Numbered from the stretch's first letter, positions 21,959 through 32,424 are shown. The stretch: 64,000 bases of DNA from Alphaproteobacteria bacterium (GCA_965248835.1 CBDFLJ010000002.1:512001-576000), one strand, 5' to 3'. Made by a program: numbers and translations. Notes: generated from the sequence alone by a model not told the origin.

Positions 21959-22846
21959 TCAGTTCCCGGCGGGCGGCCCGTCCCGCCCGAACGTGCCGAA
22001 GAACCGGAAGAAGTCGCTGTCCGGCGACAGCACCATCGTCGTGTCATCGCCGTGCAGCGCTTCCCGGTAGGCCTGCATCGACCGGTAGAAGTGGAAGAAC
22101 TTCGGGTCCTGGCCAAAAGCGTCGGCCCAGATCAAGGTCGCCTGCTGATCGCCGGTGCCGCGCGTGGTCTCGGAGGTGCGCTTTGCCTCCGCCAGAAGCA
22201 CCGTCCGCTCGCGGTCGGCGGCCGCGCGGATCTGCTGGCCTTTCTCGAAGCCCTGGGCGCGGGCCTCGCGCGCTTCGCGCTCGCGCTCGGAGCGCATCCG
22301 CGCATAGATCGCCTGGGCCGCCTCCTGCGGCAGATCTGCACGCCGCAACCTGACATCGATGATTTCGATGCCGAGCCGCTGGGCGGCGGTGTTCACGTCC
22401 GCCTGGATATCGGCCATGATGTCGTTGCGCTCCTCCGAGAGAACGGCCAGCAGGGTGACGTTGCCGAGCACCCGCCTGAGCGCGGAGTTCACCACCGAGG
22501 ACAGCCTCGCCCGGGCGACCTGCTCGGTCTGCACGGTCTGGAAGAATTTCAGCGAGTCGGAAATCTTGTAGCGGACATAGGCATCGGCGACGATGCGCTT
22601 CTGATCCGACAGGATGACCTGCTCGGCCGGCGGGTCGAAATCGAGCACCCGACGCTCGTATTCGATGATGTTCTGGACGAACGGCCATTTGAATCGGAGC
22701 CCGGGATCCTTAATGACTCGCTTCGGCTCGCCGAATTGAAGGACCAGGACCTGCCGGGTCTGGTGGACGGTGAACACGGAGCTGTAGACCACGACTCCCA
22801 GCACGATGACGATGATGCCGAGGATCGTCAGGCGGTTGCGGCTCAT
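21959..22846 (-). CDS. hflC: FtsH modulator HflC
   Basis: SPFH domain; RMRSERE, FYRSMQAY. Confidence 0.95.
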   Translation of the reverse strand: MSRNRLTILGIIVIVLGVVVYSSVFTVHQTRQVLVLQFGEPKRVIKDPGLRFKWPFVQNIIEYERRVLDFDPPAEQVILSDQKRIVADAYVRYKISDSLKFFQTVQTEQVARARLSSVVNSALRRVLGNVTLLAVLSEERNDIMADIQADVNTAAQRLGIEIIDVRLRRADLPQEAAQAIYARMRSEREREAREARAQGFEKGQQIRAAADRERTVLLAEAKRTSETTRGTGDQQATLIWADAFGQDPKFFHFYRSMQAYREALHGDDTTMVLSPDSDFFRFFGTFGRDGPPAGN

Positions 22847-23961
22847 TGCTGGACCTCCTCTTGCTGGGTCCGTTGTTGGGTCCGCTTCTGGATCTCCGGC
22901 AGCGGCAAGTAAGGCACCACGCCGCCGCCCCTGGCCGCCGAGGAATCGATGATGATCTTGTTCATGCCGCTGAACACCTCCTCCAGCGTTTCGAGGTAGA
23001 TCCTCTGGGTGGTAACTTCCTTGGCCAGGCGATAGGATTGCAGCACCTTGAGGAAGCGCTCGGCTTCGCCCTGGGACTTGTTGACGATCTGTTCGCGGTA
23101 AGCGTGGGCGTCCTGGATCTGCTTCTCGGCCTCGCCGCGAGCGCGCGGCAGGATATCGTTGCGGTAGGCCTCGGCCTCGTTGCGCAGGCGTTCAAGATCG
23201 GCGCGGGCGCGCTGGACGTCGATGAAGGCATCGATCACCGGGCCCGGTGGATCGACCTTGAGGAGCTGGACCCGACGCATCTCGATCCCGGCCTGATAGC
23301 TGTCCAGCAGTTCCTGCACCCGCTTTAAGGTGGCCTCCTCGATCTGGTTGCGCCCCTCGGTCAGGGCCGACTGGATCGGCGTCTGGCCGATCACCTCGCG
23401 CATTGCGCTTTCCGAGGACAGCTTCACCGTCGCCTCGGGGTTGCGGATGTTGAACAGGAACTGTCCGGCATCCTTGATCACCCAGAAGACCGTGAAGTCG
23501 ATGTCGACGATGTTCTCGTCGCCGGTCAGCATCAGGCTTTCTTCGGGGATATCGCGGACCGCCAGGCTTCGGTCGTTCTCACCGACGCTGCGCTGGCCGA
23601 TCTCGATCCTGTTGACCCGCGTCACCTTGGGTGTTTCCACCGACTCGATCGGGCCGGGAAGATGGTAGTTGAGGCCCGGAGGGGTGGTCTTCACCCATTC
23701 GCCGAAGCGCAGCACGACGCCCTGCTCGTCGGGTTGGACGCGGTAGAACCCGCTCAACAGCCACAGCGCGACCGCGCCGATGATGAGGAAGATGATCCCC
23801 CGGCCGCTGCCCAGGCCACCGGGCACGATCCGCTTGATCCGGTCCTGGCCGCGGCGCAGCATGTCCTCGAAGTCCGGTGGTCGCCCGCCGCCGCCGCCGC
23901 TACCCCAAGGTCCCTGGCCGCCGCCCAGGCCACCGCCGCCGCCTTGCTGTTTCCATGGCAT
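22843..23961 (-). CDS. hflK: FtsH modulator HflK
   Basis: MPW..GPWG..PPDFED, LMLTGDENIVD, RIYLET. Confidence 0.95.
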   Translation of the reverse strand: MPWKQQGGGGGLGGGQGPWGSGGGGGRPPDFEDMLRRGQDRIKRIVPGGLGSGRGIIFLIIGAVALWLLSGFYRVQPDEQGVVLRFGEWVKTTPPGLNYHLPGPIESVETPKVTRVNRIEIGQRSVGENDRSLAVRDIPEESLMLTGDENIVDIDFTVFWVIKDAGQFLFNIRNPEATVKLSSESAMREVIGQTPIQSALTEGRNQIEEATLKRVQELLDSYQAGIEMRRVQLLKVDPPGPVIDAFIDVQRARADLERLRNEAEAYRNDILPRARGEAEKQIQDAHAYREQIVNKSQGEAERFLKVLQSYRLAKEVTTQRIYLETLEEVFSGMNKIIIDSSAARGGGVVPYLPLPEIQKRTQQRTQQEEVQQ

Positions 23962-24103
23962 ATCGGATCACCATCTTCCCTGTGGCAAGCACGGGCCTGT
24001 TTCCCGACGGCTCGACGCCACCGTTGGCCCCTGCTTTGCCGCTGCCCTGCGCGCCTTATATGATACGCGCAAACGCGGCGCAACGTAACGGCCTGAAAGG
24101 CAA

Positions 24104-25222
24104 TTGATGGTCCAAGTAACGGAATCGGCGATCCTGGAGGCGCTCAAGGCCGTTCGGGACCCCGACGGCGGGGGCGACATCGTCGCGCTCGGCATGATCA
24201 GCGGCCTGGTCATCAAGAACGGCAATGTCGGCTTCTCGATCGAGGTCGATCCCGGACGCGGCGCCGCGCTGGAGCCGATGCGCAAACAGGCCGAGCGCGC
24301 GGCCGCTTCGGTCGCGGGCGTGCTGTCGGTCACCGCTGTGCTGACCGCCCACAGCGAGCAGCCACAGGCCGGCCGGGGCCAGCCCCAGCCCCAGCAGCCG
24401 GCCGGCCGCGGCCAGCAGGCCCCGATGCTGCCGGAGGTCGGGGCGATCCTCGCCGTCGCCTCGGGCAAGGGCGGCGTCGGCAAGTCGACCACCGCGGTCA
24501 ACCTCGCCCTGGCGCTCGCCGGCGCCGGCCGGTCGGTCGGCATCCTCGATGCGGACATCTACGGTCCGTCGCTGCCGATGATGCTCGGCATCACCGGCCG
24601 GCCGACCTCGCCCGACGGCAAGGTGCTCGATCCGATGGAGGCCTGGGGGGTCAAGGCGATGTCGATCGGTTTCCTGGTCCCGGTCGACACCCCGACGATC
24701 TGGCGCGGCCCGATGGTGATGGGCGCTCTGGAACAGTTGATGCGCGATGTCGCCTGGGGGGCGCTCGACGTCCTGGTGGTCGACATGCCGCCGGGCACCG
24801 GCGACGTCCAACTCACCATGGCCCAGCGGGTCCCGCTGGCCGGCGCGGTCATCGTGTCCACCCCCCAGGACCTCGCGCTGATCGATGCGCGCAAGGGCCT
24901 CAACATGTTCCGCAAGGTCGAGGTGCCGGTGCTCGGCATCGTCGAGAACATGAGCTACTTCATCTGCCCGCATTGCGGCGGCCGGTCGGACGTGTTCAAC
25001 CATGGCGGGGCGGCCCGCGCGGCCGAGGCGATGGCGACCGACTTCCTCGGCGAAATCCCGCTCGAAATGGCGATCCGCGAGGGCTCCGACAGCGGCCGGC
25101 CGATCGTGGCGACCGACCCCGACGGGCCGCACGCCGCGGCCTACCGGGCGATCGCCGAGGCCGTGTGGTCCAAGCTGTCCGGCGAGCCGGCGCGGACTGC
25201 GCCGCGCATCGTCATCGAGTGA
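24104..25222 (+). CDS. mrp: Mrp/ApbC Fe-S carrier ATPase
   Basis: GKGGVGKST, DADIYGPS, DMPPGTGD, CPHC. Confidence 0.95.
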   Translation: MMVQVTESAILEALKAVRDPDGGGDIVALGMISGLVIKNGNVGFSIEVDPGRGAALEPMRKQAERAAASVAGVLSVTAVLTAHSEQPQAGRGQPQPQQPAGRGQQAPMLPEVGAILAVASGKGGVGKSTTAVNLALALAGAGRSVGILDADIYGPSLPMMLGITGRPTSPDGKVLDPMEAWGVKAMSIGFLVPVDTPTIWRGPMVMGALEQLMRDVAWGALDVLVVDMPPGTGDVQLTMAQRVPLAGAVIVSTPQDLALIDARKGLNMFRKVEVPVLGIVENMSYFICPHCGGRSDVFNHGGAARAAEAMATDFLGEIPLEMAIREGSDSGRPIVATDPDGPHAAAYRAIAEAVWSKLSGEPARTAPRIVIE

Positions 25223-25242
25223 GCGCCGGCGGGGAAGCCGAC

Positions 25243-26139
25243 ATGGCCGAAGCAGAGATTCCGTTCAGCAAGGCGATGGACTTCGCCTATGGCGCGGCCC
25301 AGCCGGTGGCGCCCCGCGTCCGGCGCATCGTCGCCAACAACCCCGGCCCGTTCACCTTCCACGGCACCAACACCTATGTCGTCGGCACCGGCGAGGTCGC
25401 GGTGATCGACCCCGGCCCCGACGATCCGGCCCAGACCGCAGCCATCCTGCGCGCGGTCGAAGGCGAGAAGATCACCCATGTGGTCGTCACCCATACCCAT
25501 TTCGATCATTCGCCGGGAAGCCGCGCACTGGCGCGCGCTGCCGGCGCGCCGATCGTTGGCGCTCTGCCGAGTCCGCCCGGCGACGGCGCGCCGCCCATCG
25601 AGGCGGCGGACCCCGACTTCGAGCCCGACATCCTGCTTGGCGACGGCGACGTTCTGACCGGCCCGGACTGGACGCTTGGCGCGGTCTTCACCCCGGGCCA
25701 CATGTCCAACCACCACTGTCTGGCTCTCGCCGAGGGCGACATCCTGTTCAGCGGCGACCACGTGATGGGCTGGAACACCACCATCGTCTCCCCGCCCGAC
25801 GGCAACATGGCCGACTACCTGGCGAGCCTGGCGGTCTGCATCGCGCGCAGCGATGCGCTCTATCTGCCTGGTCACGGCCCGCCGATCGAGGACCCCGCGC
25901 CGTTCGTCCGCGCCTATCTCGGCCATCGGCGGATGCGCGAAACCCAGATCCTGGGCGCGATCGACGACGGTCTGCACACGGTGCCGGCGATGGTCGCCAA
26001 GCTGTATGCCCATCTGCCCGAGCGGATGCATTGGGCGGCCGGAAGGTCGGTCCTGGCACATCTGGAGAACATGGTCGAGACCGACCGCGTCGCCGTCGAC
26101 GGGCCCCTGACCACCGAGGCGCGCTACACCCTGGCGTAA
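25243..26139 (+). CDS. MBL-fold metallo-hydrolase
   Basis: THTHFDH, TPGH, GDH, PGHG; start at MAEAEIPF. Confidence 0.9.
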   Translation: MAEAEIPFSKAMDFAYGAAQPVAPRVRRIVANNPGPFTFHGTNTYVVGTGEVAVIDPGPDDPAQTAAILRAVEGEKITHVVVTHTHFDHSPGSRALARAAGAPIVGALPSPPGDGAPPIEAADPDFEPDILLGDGDVLTGPDWTLGAVFTPGHMSNHHCLALAEGDILFSGDHVMGWNTTIVSPPDGNMADYLASLAVCIARSDALYLPGHGPPIEDPAPFVRAYLGHRRMRETQILGAIDDGLHTVPAMVAKLYAHLPERMHWAAGRSVLAHLENMVETDRVAVDGPLTTEARYTLA

Positions 26140-26269
26140 GCCGTGCAGCCCGGGCAGGATCGGTTGCGCAACCACGGAATATCGTTAACCTGAACCCTGG
26201 CGAGGTAAGCCGCGACGGCGGTGTCCGGGGCGGCAGTGTCCGGAGCGGCAGATCCGAAGGGCGCTGACC

Positions 26270-26479
26270 ATGGGCGACGTCATCTACCTCAACGAGATGC
26301 GCAAGAAGCGCGCCAAGGACGCCAAGCGCAACGCAGCCGCCGTCAACCGCGCCCGCCACGGCCGCACCAAGCAGGCCAAGGAAGCCGCGCGCCGCGAGAA
26401 GGACCGCGAGGGTGCCGTGCTCAATGCCAAGCTGCTGGAAGACAAGACCGGCGCAAAAGACGAGTCGGAACGGGACTGA
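26270..26479 (+). CDS. DUF4169 family protein
   Basis: MGDVIYL..RK..NRARHGRTK. Confidence 0.85.
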   Translation: MGDVIYLNEMRKKRAKDAKRNAAAVNRARHGRTKQAKEAARREKDREGAVLNAKLLEDKTGAKDESERD

Positions 26480-26500
26480 GCGCCGCCGTAGCGCGCCTGC

Positions 26501-27214
26501 TCAGACCGCGAACAACCGCCCCAGGGCAGGGATCGCGGCCTTGTTGCCGATAGTGCGCAGCGCCGACCACAGCAGAGTCTGATTGGACCCCAGCACGGCA
26601 AGTCCGGTGGTCCGCTCCAGGGCCTCGATCGAGGCGAAGGTCGGAAGGTCGGTCGCCAACAGGACCACCGCCTGGGCCCCGGTCCGGTCGAGCCCTTCGA
26701 CAAGGCCCGCCAGGCGCGCCGGGTCGACACGCGGGACCTCGGCCATCGCCAAGATGTCGAGCGTCGCGTCGCCGGTCACCGCGAGGCCGCGCGCGGAGAA
26801 AAACGGCCGGGCGAGCGCGTGGATCGCCGCCGGGTAGGGCGTGCCCAACGCCAGCCGCTCGATACCGAGCGCTGCCAGAGCATCGCGCAGCGCCGTCCAG
26901 GCGGAAATGCAGGCCACGCCCGTGCGCTCGGCGATTGCCGCGGTGCGCGCATCGTTCCAGCCGGGCTCCATGATGAACGTGGTCACCATGTCGGCATAGA
27001 CGATCACGTCGATTCCGGTCGCGGCGAGCTCATCGACCGCGCGGTCGACGTTCGCCTCCATCGCGTGGACCGCCTCGGGCGTGAGGTCGCCCCGGACGAG
27101 GATCCGTGTCGCGTAGAGCGCCGTGCCTTCGGGCAGGACCGACCACATCTCCGGCTCGATCACGGCGTTGTTGGCGGGGACGATGACGCCGATCCGCCCC
27201 CGGGCGCCGAACAT
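26501..27214 (-). CDS. Maleate isomerase / arylmalonate decarboxylase (Asp/Glu racemase) fold protein lacking both catalytic Cys
   Basis: RIGVIVPANN.VIEPE, TPY, SNQ..LW..LR; YADMV and LLATDLPT at the Cys positions. Confidence 0.8.
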   Translation of the reverse strand: MFGARGRIGVIVPANNAVIEPEMWSVLPEGTALYATRILVRGDLTPEAVHAMEANVDRAVDELAATGIDVIVYADMVTTFIMEPGWNDARTAAIAERTGVACISAWTALRDALAALGIERLALGTPYPAAIHALARPFFSARGLAVTGDATLDILAMAEVPRVDPARLAGLVEGLDRTGAQAVVLLATDLPTFASIEALERTTGLAVLGSNQTLLWSALRTIGNKAAIPALGRLFAV

Positions 27215-27219
27215 CGCGC

Positions 27220-28578
27220 TCAGCCCCACACCGGGGCGCCGCGCGGCACCCACCGGCCGAGCGGCGCATTGCCGACATGGCGGCCCTGTTCGGCAATCAC
27301 GTGGCCGCGCAGGATTGTGAGCACCGGCCAGCCGGTCAGACGCTCGCCCTCGAAGGGCGAACGCCCGGCGCGCGAGTGCACCAGGCCCGCATCGACGGTG
27401 CGCGCGCGATGCGGGTCGACCAGGACGAGGTCGCCGTCCGCACCGGCGGCGAGCCGGCCCTTGCGGTCGGCGATGCCGAACAGCCGCGCCGGTGCGCCGC
27501 ACAGGACCTGCGCGACCCGGCTCCACGGGATGCGGCCGCCCGCAGCGAGGTTGAGGACCACCGGCGCGACGGTATCCAGCCCCGGCGTGCCGCCCGGGAC
27601 TTCCCACGGGCTCGCCCGATCCTTCTCCTCGATTGCGTGCGGGGCGTGATCGGAGCCGACGAAGCTGACCGTGCCGGCGGCGAGCGCTGCGCGGGCGGCC
27701 TCGCAATCGGCAGGGCTGCGCAGCGGCGGGACCATCAGGGCGAACGGGCCGTGGCGGTCGACCGCGCCGGTGTCCAGATGCAGGTGGTGCGGCGTGACCT
27801 CGACGCCCAGCGACAGGCTTGGATCGGCTGCCTGCGCGGCGGCGATCATCGCAAAGCCGCGTGCGGTGCAGACCTGGCGGGCGATGATTCGCGCGCCGGT
27901 GATCCGGGCGACTTCGATCAGGCCGGCGAGCCCGATCGCCTCGCCCGCCGGATCGCGTGCCTCGACATAGGCCATGTAGTCGCGGCGCCCGGCCAGCCGC
28001 TCGAGAGCTCCCGCGACCAGGTCCTGATTGCCGGTCAAGATTCCCAGCACCCCGCCGCAGGACGCCGTCGCCCGCGCCGCCTCGACCAGCCCGTCGAGAT
28101 CGAGCCGCATCCAATCCGGCGCATCCGACAGCAGCCCCTCGAAAGAGGTCACGCCCTCGGCCCAAAGCGCGGGCAGCGCGTCCAGGTTGCCGGGCAGGGC
28201 GGCAGCCTGGATGGTGAAGTCGACCAGGCTCGCCCCTTCGCCCGCGGCCCGCATCGCCGCGACACCGGCAACATCGGCGGCCATCGGATCGGTGTTGGGC
28301 ATGCACATCACCGTCGTCACCCCGCCGCAGGCCGCGCCTTCGGTGCCGGTGGCGAAGGTCTCCTTGTGCGGATAGCCCGGATCGCGCATGTGGACATGGG
28401 CGTCTATGAAGCCGGGGAAGAGCAGGCGGCCGCGCGCGTCGATCGTCGTGGCGGCATGGGCCCGGTCGCCGGCATCGAGGACGGCCTCGATCCGTCCGTC
28501 CTCGCCGACGAGGATCCCGCCGGGACGCGCGCCGTCCTCGCCGACGAGGACCGCGTCATGGATTGCAATCAGCGCCAT
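27220..28578 (-). CDS. Dihydroorotase/allantoinase-like cyclic amidohydrolase, divergent metal site
   Basis: PGFIDAHVHMRDPG, GGVTTV..MPNT, EVTPHHL, GSDHAPH. Confidence 0.85.
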   Translation of the reverse strand: MALIAIHDAVLVGEDGARPGGILVGEDGRIEAVLDAGDRAHAATTIDARGRLLFPGFIDAHVHMRDPGYPHKETFATGTEGAACGGVTTVMCMPNTDPMAADVAGVAAMRAAGEGASLVDFTIQAAALPGNLDALPALWAEGVTSFEGLLSDAPDWMRLDLDGLVEAARATASCGGVLGILTGNQDLVAGALERLAGRRDYMAYVEARDPAGEAIGLAGLIEVARITGARIIARQVCTARGFAMIAAAQAADPSLSLGVEVTPHHLHLDTGAVDRHGPFALMVPPLRSPADCEAARAALAAGTVSFVGSDHAPHAIEEKDRASPWEVPGGTPGLDTVAPVVLNLAAGGRIPWSRVAQVLCGAPARLFGIADRKGRLAAGADGDLVLVDPHRARTVDAGLVHSRAGRSPFEGERLTGWPVLTILRGHVIAEQGRHVGNAPLGRWVPRGAPVWG

Positions 28579-28672
28579 CGCTCACCTCGGCTCGCGGCCG
28601 CGACTATGCCACATCGCGGGCGCGTTGACCCGTCCCGGGCCGCCCCTTATCAGTGCACCGGGAGGACCGGCG

Positions 28673-29680
28673 GTGGACTTGCGCATACTCAGCGAGGCCG
28701 ACGTGCGCGCGGTGATCGACATGGACGCCGCGATCGCCCTTCAGGCCGATGCCTTCGCGCGCCTGGCGGCGGGCGAATCGATCCAGGGACTGCGCAGCTT
28801 CGCGCTGTCGGAGGAGCCGCCCGGTGTCGCGGTCTTCAACCCGGCCTTCCTTATCGGCGGCGCGGGATACGGCATCAAGGTGGTCTCGGACTTCTACCGC
28901 AACGCGGATGCGGGGCTGGCGCGGCTGTCCTCGCTGGTGGCGCTGTTCGACGGGACCACCGGGCACCCCCGCACGGTCATGGAGGGCGGCTATCTGACCG
29001 ACGTCAGGACCGGAGCCGGCACCGGGCTCGCGGCCCGCTATCTCGCGCGCCCCGATGCCGCGGTCGTCGCGGTGATCGGCGCGGGACGGGTCGCGCGCAA
29101 CCAGCTTCAGGCGCTCGCCCGGACATGCGCCCTGGAACGGGTGGTCGTCGCCACCCGGACCGAGGCGCGCGGGCGCGCCTTCGTCGCCTGGGCGCGCGGG
29201 CACGGCGCGGGCATCCCCGCCGCCGTCGAACTCGTCGGATCGGCCGCAGAAGCGGCCGGCCAAGCCGACATCGTGGTCGCGGCCACGACCTCGCGCAGCC
29301 CGGTGGTCGCCGGCGCGGACCTGCGCCCGGGCACCTTCGTGGCCAGCGCGGGCGCGCACGATCCGGCGGCTCGAGAGGTCGATTCAGCGGTCGTCGGGCG
29401 CGCCGCCAAGCGGGTGATCGACAGCCGGGCCGACAGCCTGGCCAATGTCGGCGACCTGCTGATCCCGATCGAGGAGGGGGTGATCGCGGCGGCGGATATC
29501 GCCGAGATCTCCGAGATCATCGCGGGCACCAGGCCGGGCCGCCAGACCGCGGACGAGATCACCTATTACAAGTCGCTCGGCGTGCCGATCCAGGACCTGG
29601 TGACCGCCCAGTACATCGAGGCGCGCGCGACCGAACGCGGCGTCGGCACGATCATCGACATCGGCGGCGATCACGATTGA
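28673..29680 (+). CDS. Ornithine cyclodeaminase / mu-crystallin family protein
   Basis: GIKVVS, LTDVRTGA, GAGRVA, YKSLG..QD; GGAGG RBS plus GTG. Confidence 0.9.
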   Translation: MDLRILSEADVRAVIDMDAAIALQADAFARLAAGESIQGLRSFALSEEPPGVAVFNPAFLIGGAGYGIKVVSDFYRNADAGLARLSSLVALFDGTTGHPRTVMEGGYLTDVRTGAGTGLAARYLARPDAAVVAVIGAGRVARNQLQALARTCALERVVVATRTEARGRAFVAWARGHGAGIPAAVELVGSAAEAAGQADIVVAATTSRSPVVAGADLRPGTFVASAGAHDPAAREVDSAVVGRAAKRVIDSRADSLANVGDLLIPIEEGVIAAADIAEISEIIAGTRPGRQTADEITYYKSLGVPIQDLVTAQYIEARATERGVGTIIDIGGDHD

Positions 29681-29705
29681 TGGTGTGGACCGCTCCCGCG
29701 CGGCG

Positions 29706-31079
29706 TCAGTCTTCGCCGCGCTGGACGGCGTGGATCATCCAGTGGGCGATGCGGGTGAGGTCGTGGTCCTCGTGCAGGTAGCCCATGAGCTGGATGCCCA
29801 GCGGCAACCCTTCGCTCGCCAGCAGCGGCGCGCTGATCGCCGGCACGCGGAGCAGCGAGGACGGCTCCCCGAAGGTCATGTCGCCGACCGGCATGCCCTC
29901 GGTCGCGACCCCGGTCGAGGCGAGCGTGACAAACCCGTCATAGGTCCCGGCAAAGGCGGCCTGGCGCGCGCGCAGCTCGTCGGCCCATTCCAACGCCTCC
30001 GCATAGGCCTGCGGCGTGATCGAAGCCGCCGTCGCGACGCGCTCCAGGGCGGCCGCGCTCATCCGCTCCGGCGCCTTCTCGGCCAGCATCAACAGCGGCC
30101 AGCGCATCTCGTAGAGCAGGATCGTCACGATCCGCTCGCGCAACGTGACCAGGTCCTGTTCGAAGGCCTCGAGCCTCGGATCGTCCCTGCGCCCGGCGAT
30201 CGCCACATCGCGCGCCCGCAGCGCATCCATCGCGGCCTCGAAGACATCCCGCGCCGACCCCGGCACCGCGTCCCAGCCCGCGGTCTCCAGCCGGGCCAGC
30301 CGTCGCGGCCGGCGGGCCTCGGGCAGCATCGGTCGGCCGCCGAGGCCTGGATGGCCGCCCTCGCTGCCGGCCGCGCGCGACAGCCAGTTGGCGGTGATCC
30401 ACATGTCGGCGATCGTGCCGGCGAGAATGCCCACGTGGTTGGTGCTTACCGGCGTCGGCAGGCTGCCGCGCCAGTCGATGGCGCCGCGGCTCGGCTTGAG
30501 CGCCCAGACCCCGCAATAGGACGCCGGGCGGAGCGTCGAGGCGCGGCCCTGGCTGCCGATGGCGACCGGCACCATCGCCGCACCCACCGCGGCCGCCGAG
30601 CCCGACGATGACCCGCCGGGCGTGCGCGCGCTATCCCATGGGTTGCGGGTCGCCCCCGGTGCGGCGAAGGCGAACTCGGTGGTCACCGTCTTGCCGATGA
30701 TCACCGCACCCGAACACCGCAGTGCGTAGGCGACCGCGCCGTCCCATTTGGGCCGCCGGCCGGCATGGACGAGGCTGCCGTGCTCGGTCGGAAGGCCCGC
30801 CGTATCGAAGATGTCCTTGACCGCGACCGGCAAGCCGTCGATGACCGAAAGCGGCTTGCCGTCGCGGTAACGCGCGTTCGCCGCGTCGGCCGCGGTGCGC
30901 GCCGCATCGGCATCGATCGCGGTGAAGGCGCGGACCGCCTCCTCGCGGTGGGAAACGGTCTCCAGGCAGCGTTCGAGATAGTTGCGCGGATTGTCGGCGC
31001 CGGACAGAAACGCCTCGCGCGCCTTGGCAAAGGAAAGCAGGCCCGGCGCCTTGGGATCATAGTCTCTGCGGCCGCTCAT
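29706..31079 (-). CDS. Amidase signature family protein
   Basis: AVKD, GKTVTTEFA, NPW..PGGSSSGSAAAV, RPASYCG. Confidence 0.9.
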   Translation of the reverse strand: MSGRRDYDPKAPGLLSFAKAREAFLSGADNPRNYLERCLETVSHREEAVRAFTAIDADAARTAADAANARYRDGKPLSVIDGLPVAVKDIFDTAGLPTEHGSLVHAGRRPKWDGAVAYALRCSGAVIIGKTVTTEFAFAAPGATRNPWDSARTPGGSSSGSAAAVGAAMVPVAIGSQGRASTLRPASYCGVWALKPSRGAIDWRGSLPTPVSTNHVGILAGTIADMWITANWLSRAAGSEGGHPGLGGRPMLPEARRPRRLARLETAGWDAVPGSARDVFEAAMDALRARDVAIAGRRDDPRLEAFEQDLVTLRERIVTILLYEMRWPLLMLAEKAPERMSAAALERVATAASITPQAYAEALEWADELRARQAAFAGTYDGFVTLASTGVATEGMPVGDMTFGEPSSLLRVPAISAPLLASEGLPLGIQLMGYLHEDHDLTRIAHWMIHAVQRGED

Positions 31080-31182
31080 CACCGACCTCCCGCGGATCCA
31101 GCCGCGACGTTACCATGGCGCGGCCCTGACACCATCGCCGCTTTGGCCTACCCTTGCAGAAGGCCGGCCGGAGACCCGATCG

Positions 31183-32424
31183 TTGGACGCCGCATCGCTC
31201 GACTGCATCCTTTGCGGGATCGCCTATCCGGTCGATCACTTCGACCGTGCCTGCTCGTCCTGCCTGGCGCGCGGCCACGCGGCCAACCTTTCGGTCGGCT
31301 ACGTTGCCGGACCGGCGCCGGATCGCGATGCCCTGCCCAGCCATCCGGCGAGCATGTGGCGCTATGCCGACATGCTGCCGCTTGCCGCCGGGGAGGCCGT
31401 CAGCCTGGGCGAGGGCGCCACGCCCCTGGTGCGGATCGAATGGACCGACGGCATGGAGGTGGAGGTCAAGGACGAGACCCGCAACCCGACCTGGTCTTTC
31501 AAGGACCGGCTGGCGAGCGTCGCGGTATCCTGGGCACGGCGATCCGGTGCTGCGGTGATCGCGACCAGCTCGTCAGGCAATGCGGGCGCGGCGGCGGCAG
31601 CTTATGCCGCGCGGGCCGGGCTCGCCTGCGTCGTGCTGACCTTTCGCGGTACCGCCGGGCCGATGATCGATCAGATCCGCGCGGCCGGCGCGATGGTTCT
31701 CGAATGCGCCGCCAAGGACGACCGCTGGATCATCCTCGAGAAAGCGGTCCGCGCGTTCGGCTGGTTCCCCACCGCGCCGTTCTTCGGCCCGACGGTCGGC
31801 AGCAACCCGATCGGTATCGAGGGCTACAAGACGCTGGCCTACGAGATCGCGGAGCAGCGCGGCTGGCAGGTGCCCGACTGGTGTGTGCTGCCGGTGTGCT
31901 ACGGCGATGCGCTGTTCGGCCTGTGGAAGGGCTTCGAGGAGATGCGCCGTTGGGGCTGGACCACCGCGGTCCCCCGCCTGGTCGCCGCCGAAATCTCCGG
32001 CTCGCTCGCCGCGGCGATGGCCGGCGGCGGGCCGATGCCGCCGGCGGTTGTGCGCAATGCGGGCTCGGTCGCGGTCTCGATCGACGCGCCGCGGAGCACC
32101 GCCCAGGCGGTCGCTGCCCTGCGCCGGACCGACGGGGTGGCCCTCACGCTTGACGACGCGGCGATCCTGGAAGCGCGCGCGCGGCTGGCGCGGCGCACCG
32201 GCATGTTCCTCGAGGCATCCTCGGCCGCGGCGTTCGCCGCGATCGACCGGCTGTGCGGCGCCGGCACCATCGCCCGGGGTCAGAGCGTGGTCGCGGTGGC
32301 GACGGCTTCGGGGCTAAAGGATATCGGGGCTGCGCCGGATGCGGCGTCACCGCTGCCGTCGGTGGCGCCGGATCTCGACAGCCTGGTCCTGGCTCTGCGG
32401 GAGGCCTACGGTTTCGATGTCTGA
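31183..32424 (+). CDS. Threonine synthase-like PLP enzyme with N-terminal Zn ribbon
   Basis: CILC..CSSC, LGEGATP, NPTWSFKDR, SSGNAG, EGYKT. Confidence 0.88.
   Translation: MDAASLDCILCGIAYPVDHFDRACSSCLARGHAANLSVGYVAGPAPDRDALPSHPASMWRYADMLPLAAGEAVSLGEGATPLVRIEWTDGMEVEVKDETRNPTWSFKDRLASVAVSWARRSGAAVIATSSSGNAGAAAAAYAARAGLACVVLTFRGTAGPMIDQIRAAGAMVLECAAKDDRWIILEKAVRAFGWFPTAPFFGPTVGSNPIGIEGYKTLAYEIAEQRGWQVPDWCVLPVCYGDALFGLWKGFEEMRRWGWTTAVPRLVAAEISGSLAAAMAGGGPMPPAVVRNAGSVAVSIDAPRSTAQAVAALRRTDGVALTLDDAAILEARARLARRTGMFLEASSAAAFAAIDRLCGAGTIARGQSVVAVATASGLKDIGAAPDAASPLPSVAPDLDSLVLALREAYGFDV

Noticed and set aside
23875-23950. GGC-rich repeats
   Set aside because: The normal Gly-rich N-terminus of HflK.
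28496-28550. 19-bp direct repeat CCGTCCTCGCCGACGAGGA x2 with an internal palindrome, as a CRISPR-like or REP element
   Set aside because: Only two copies, in frame, encoding LVGEDG twice in the amidohydrolase N-terminus.
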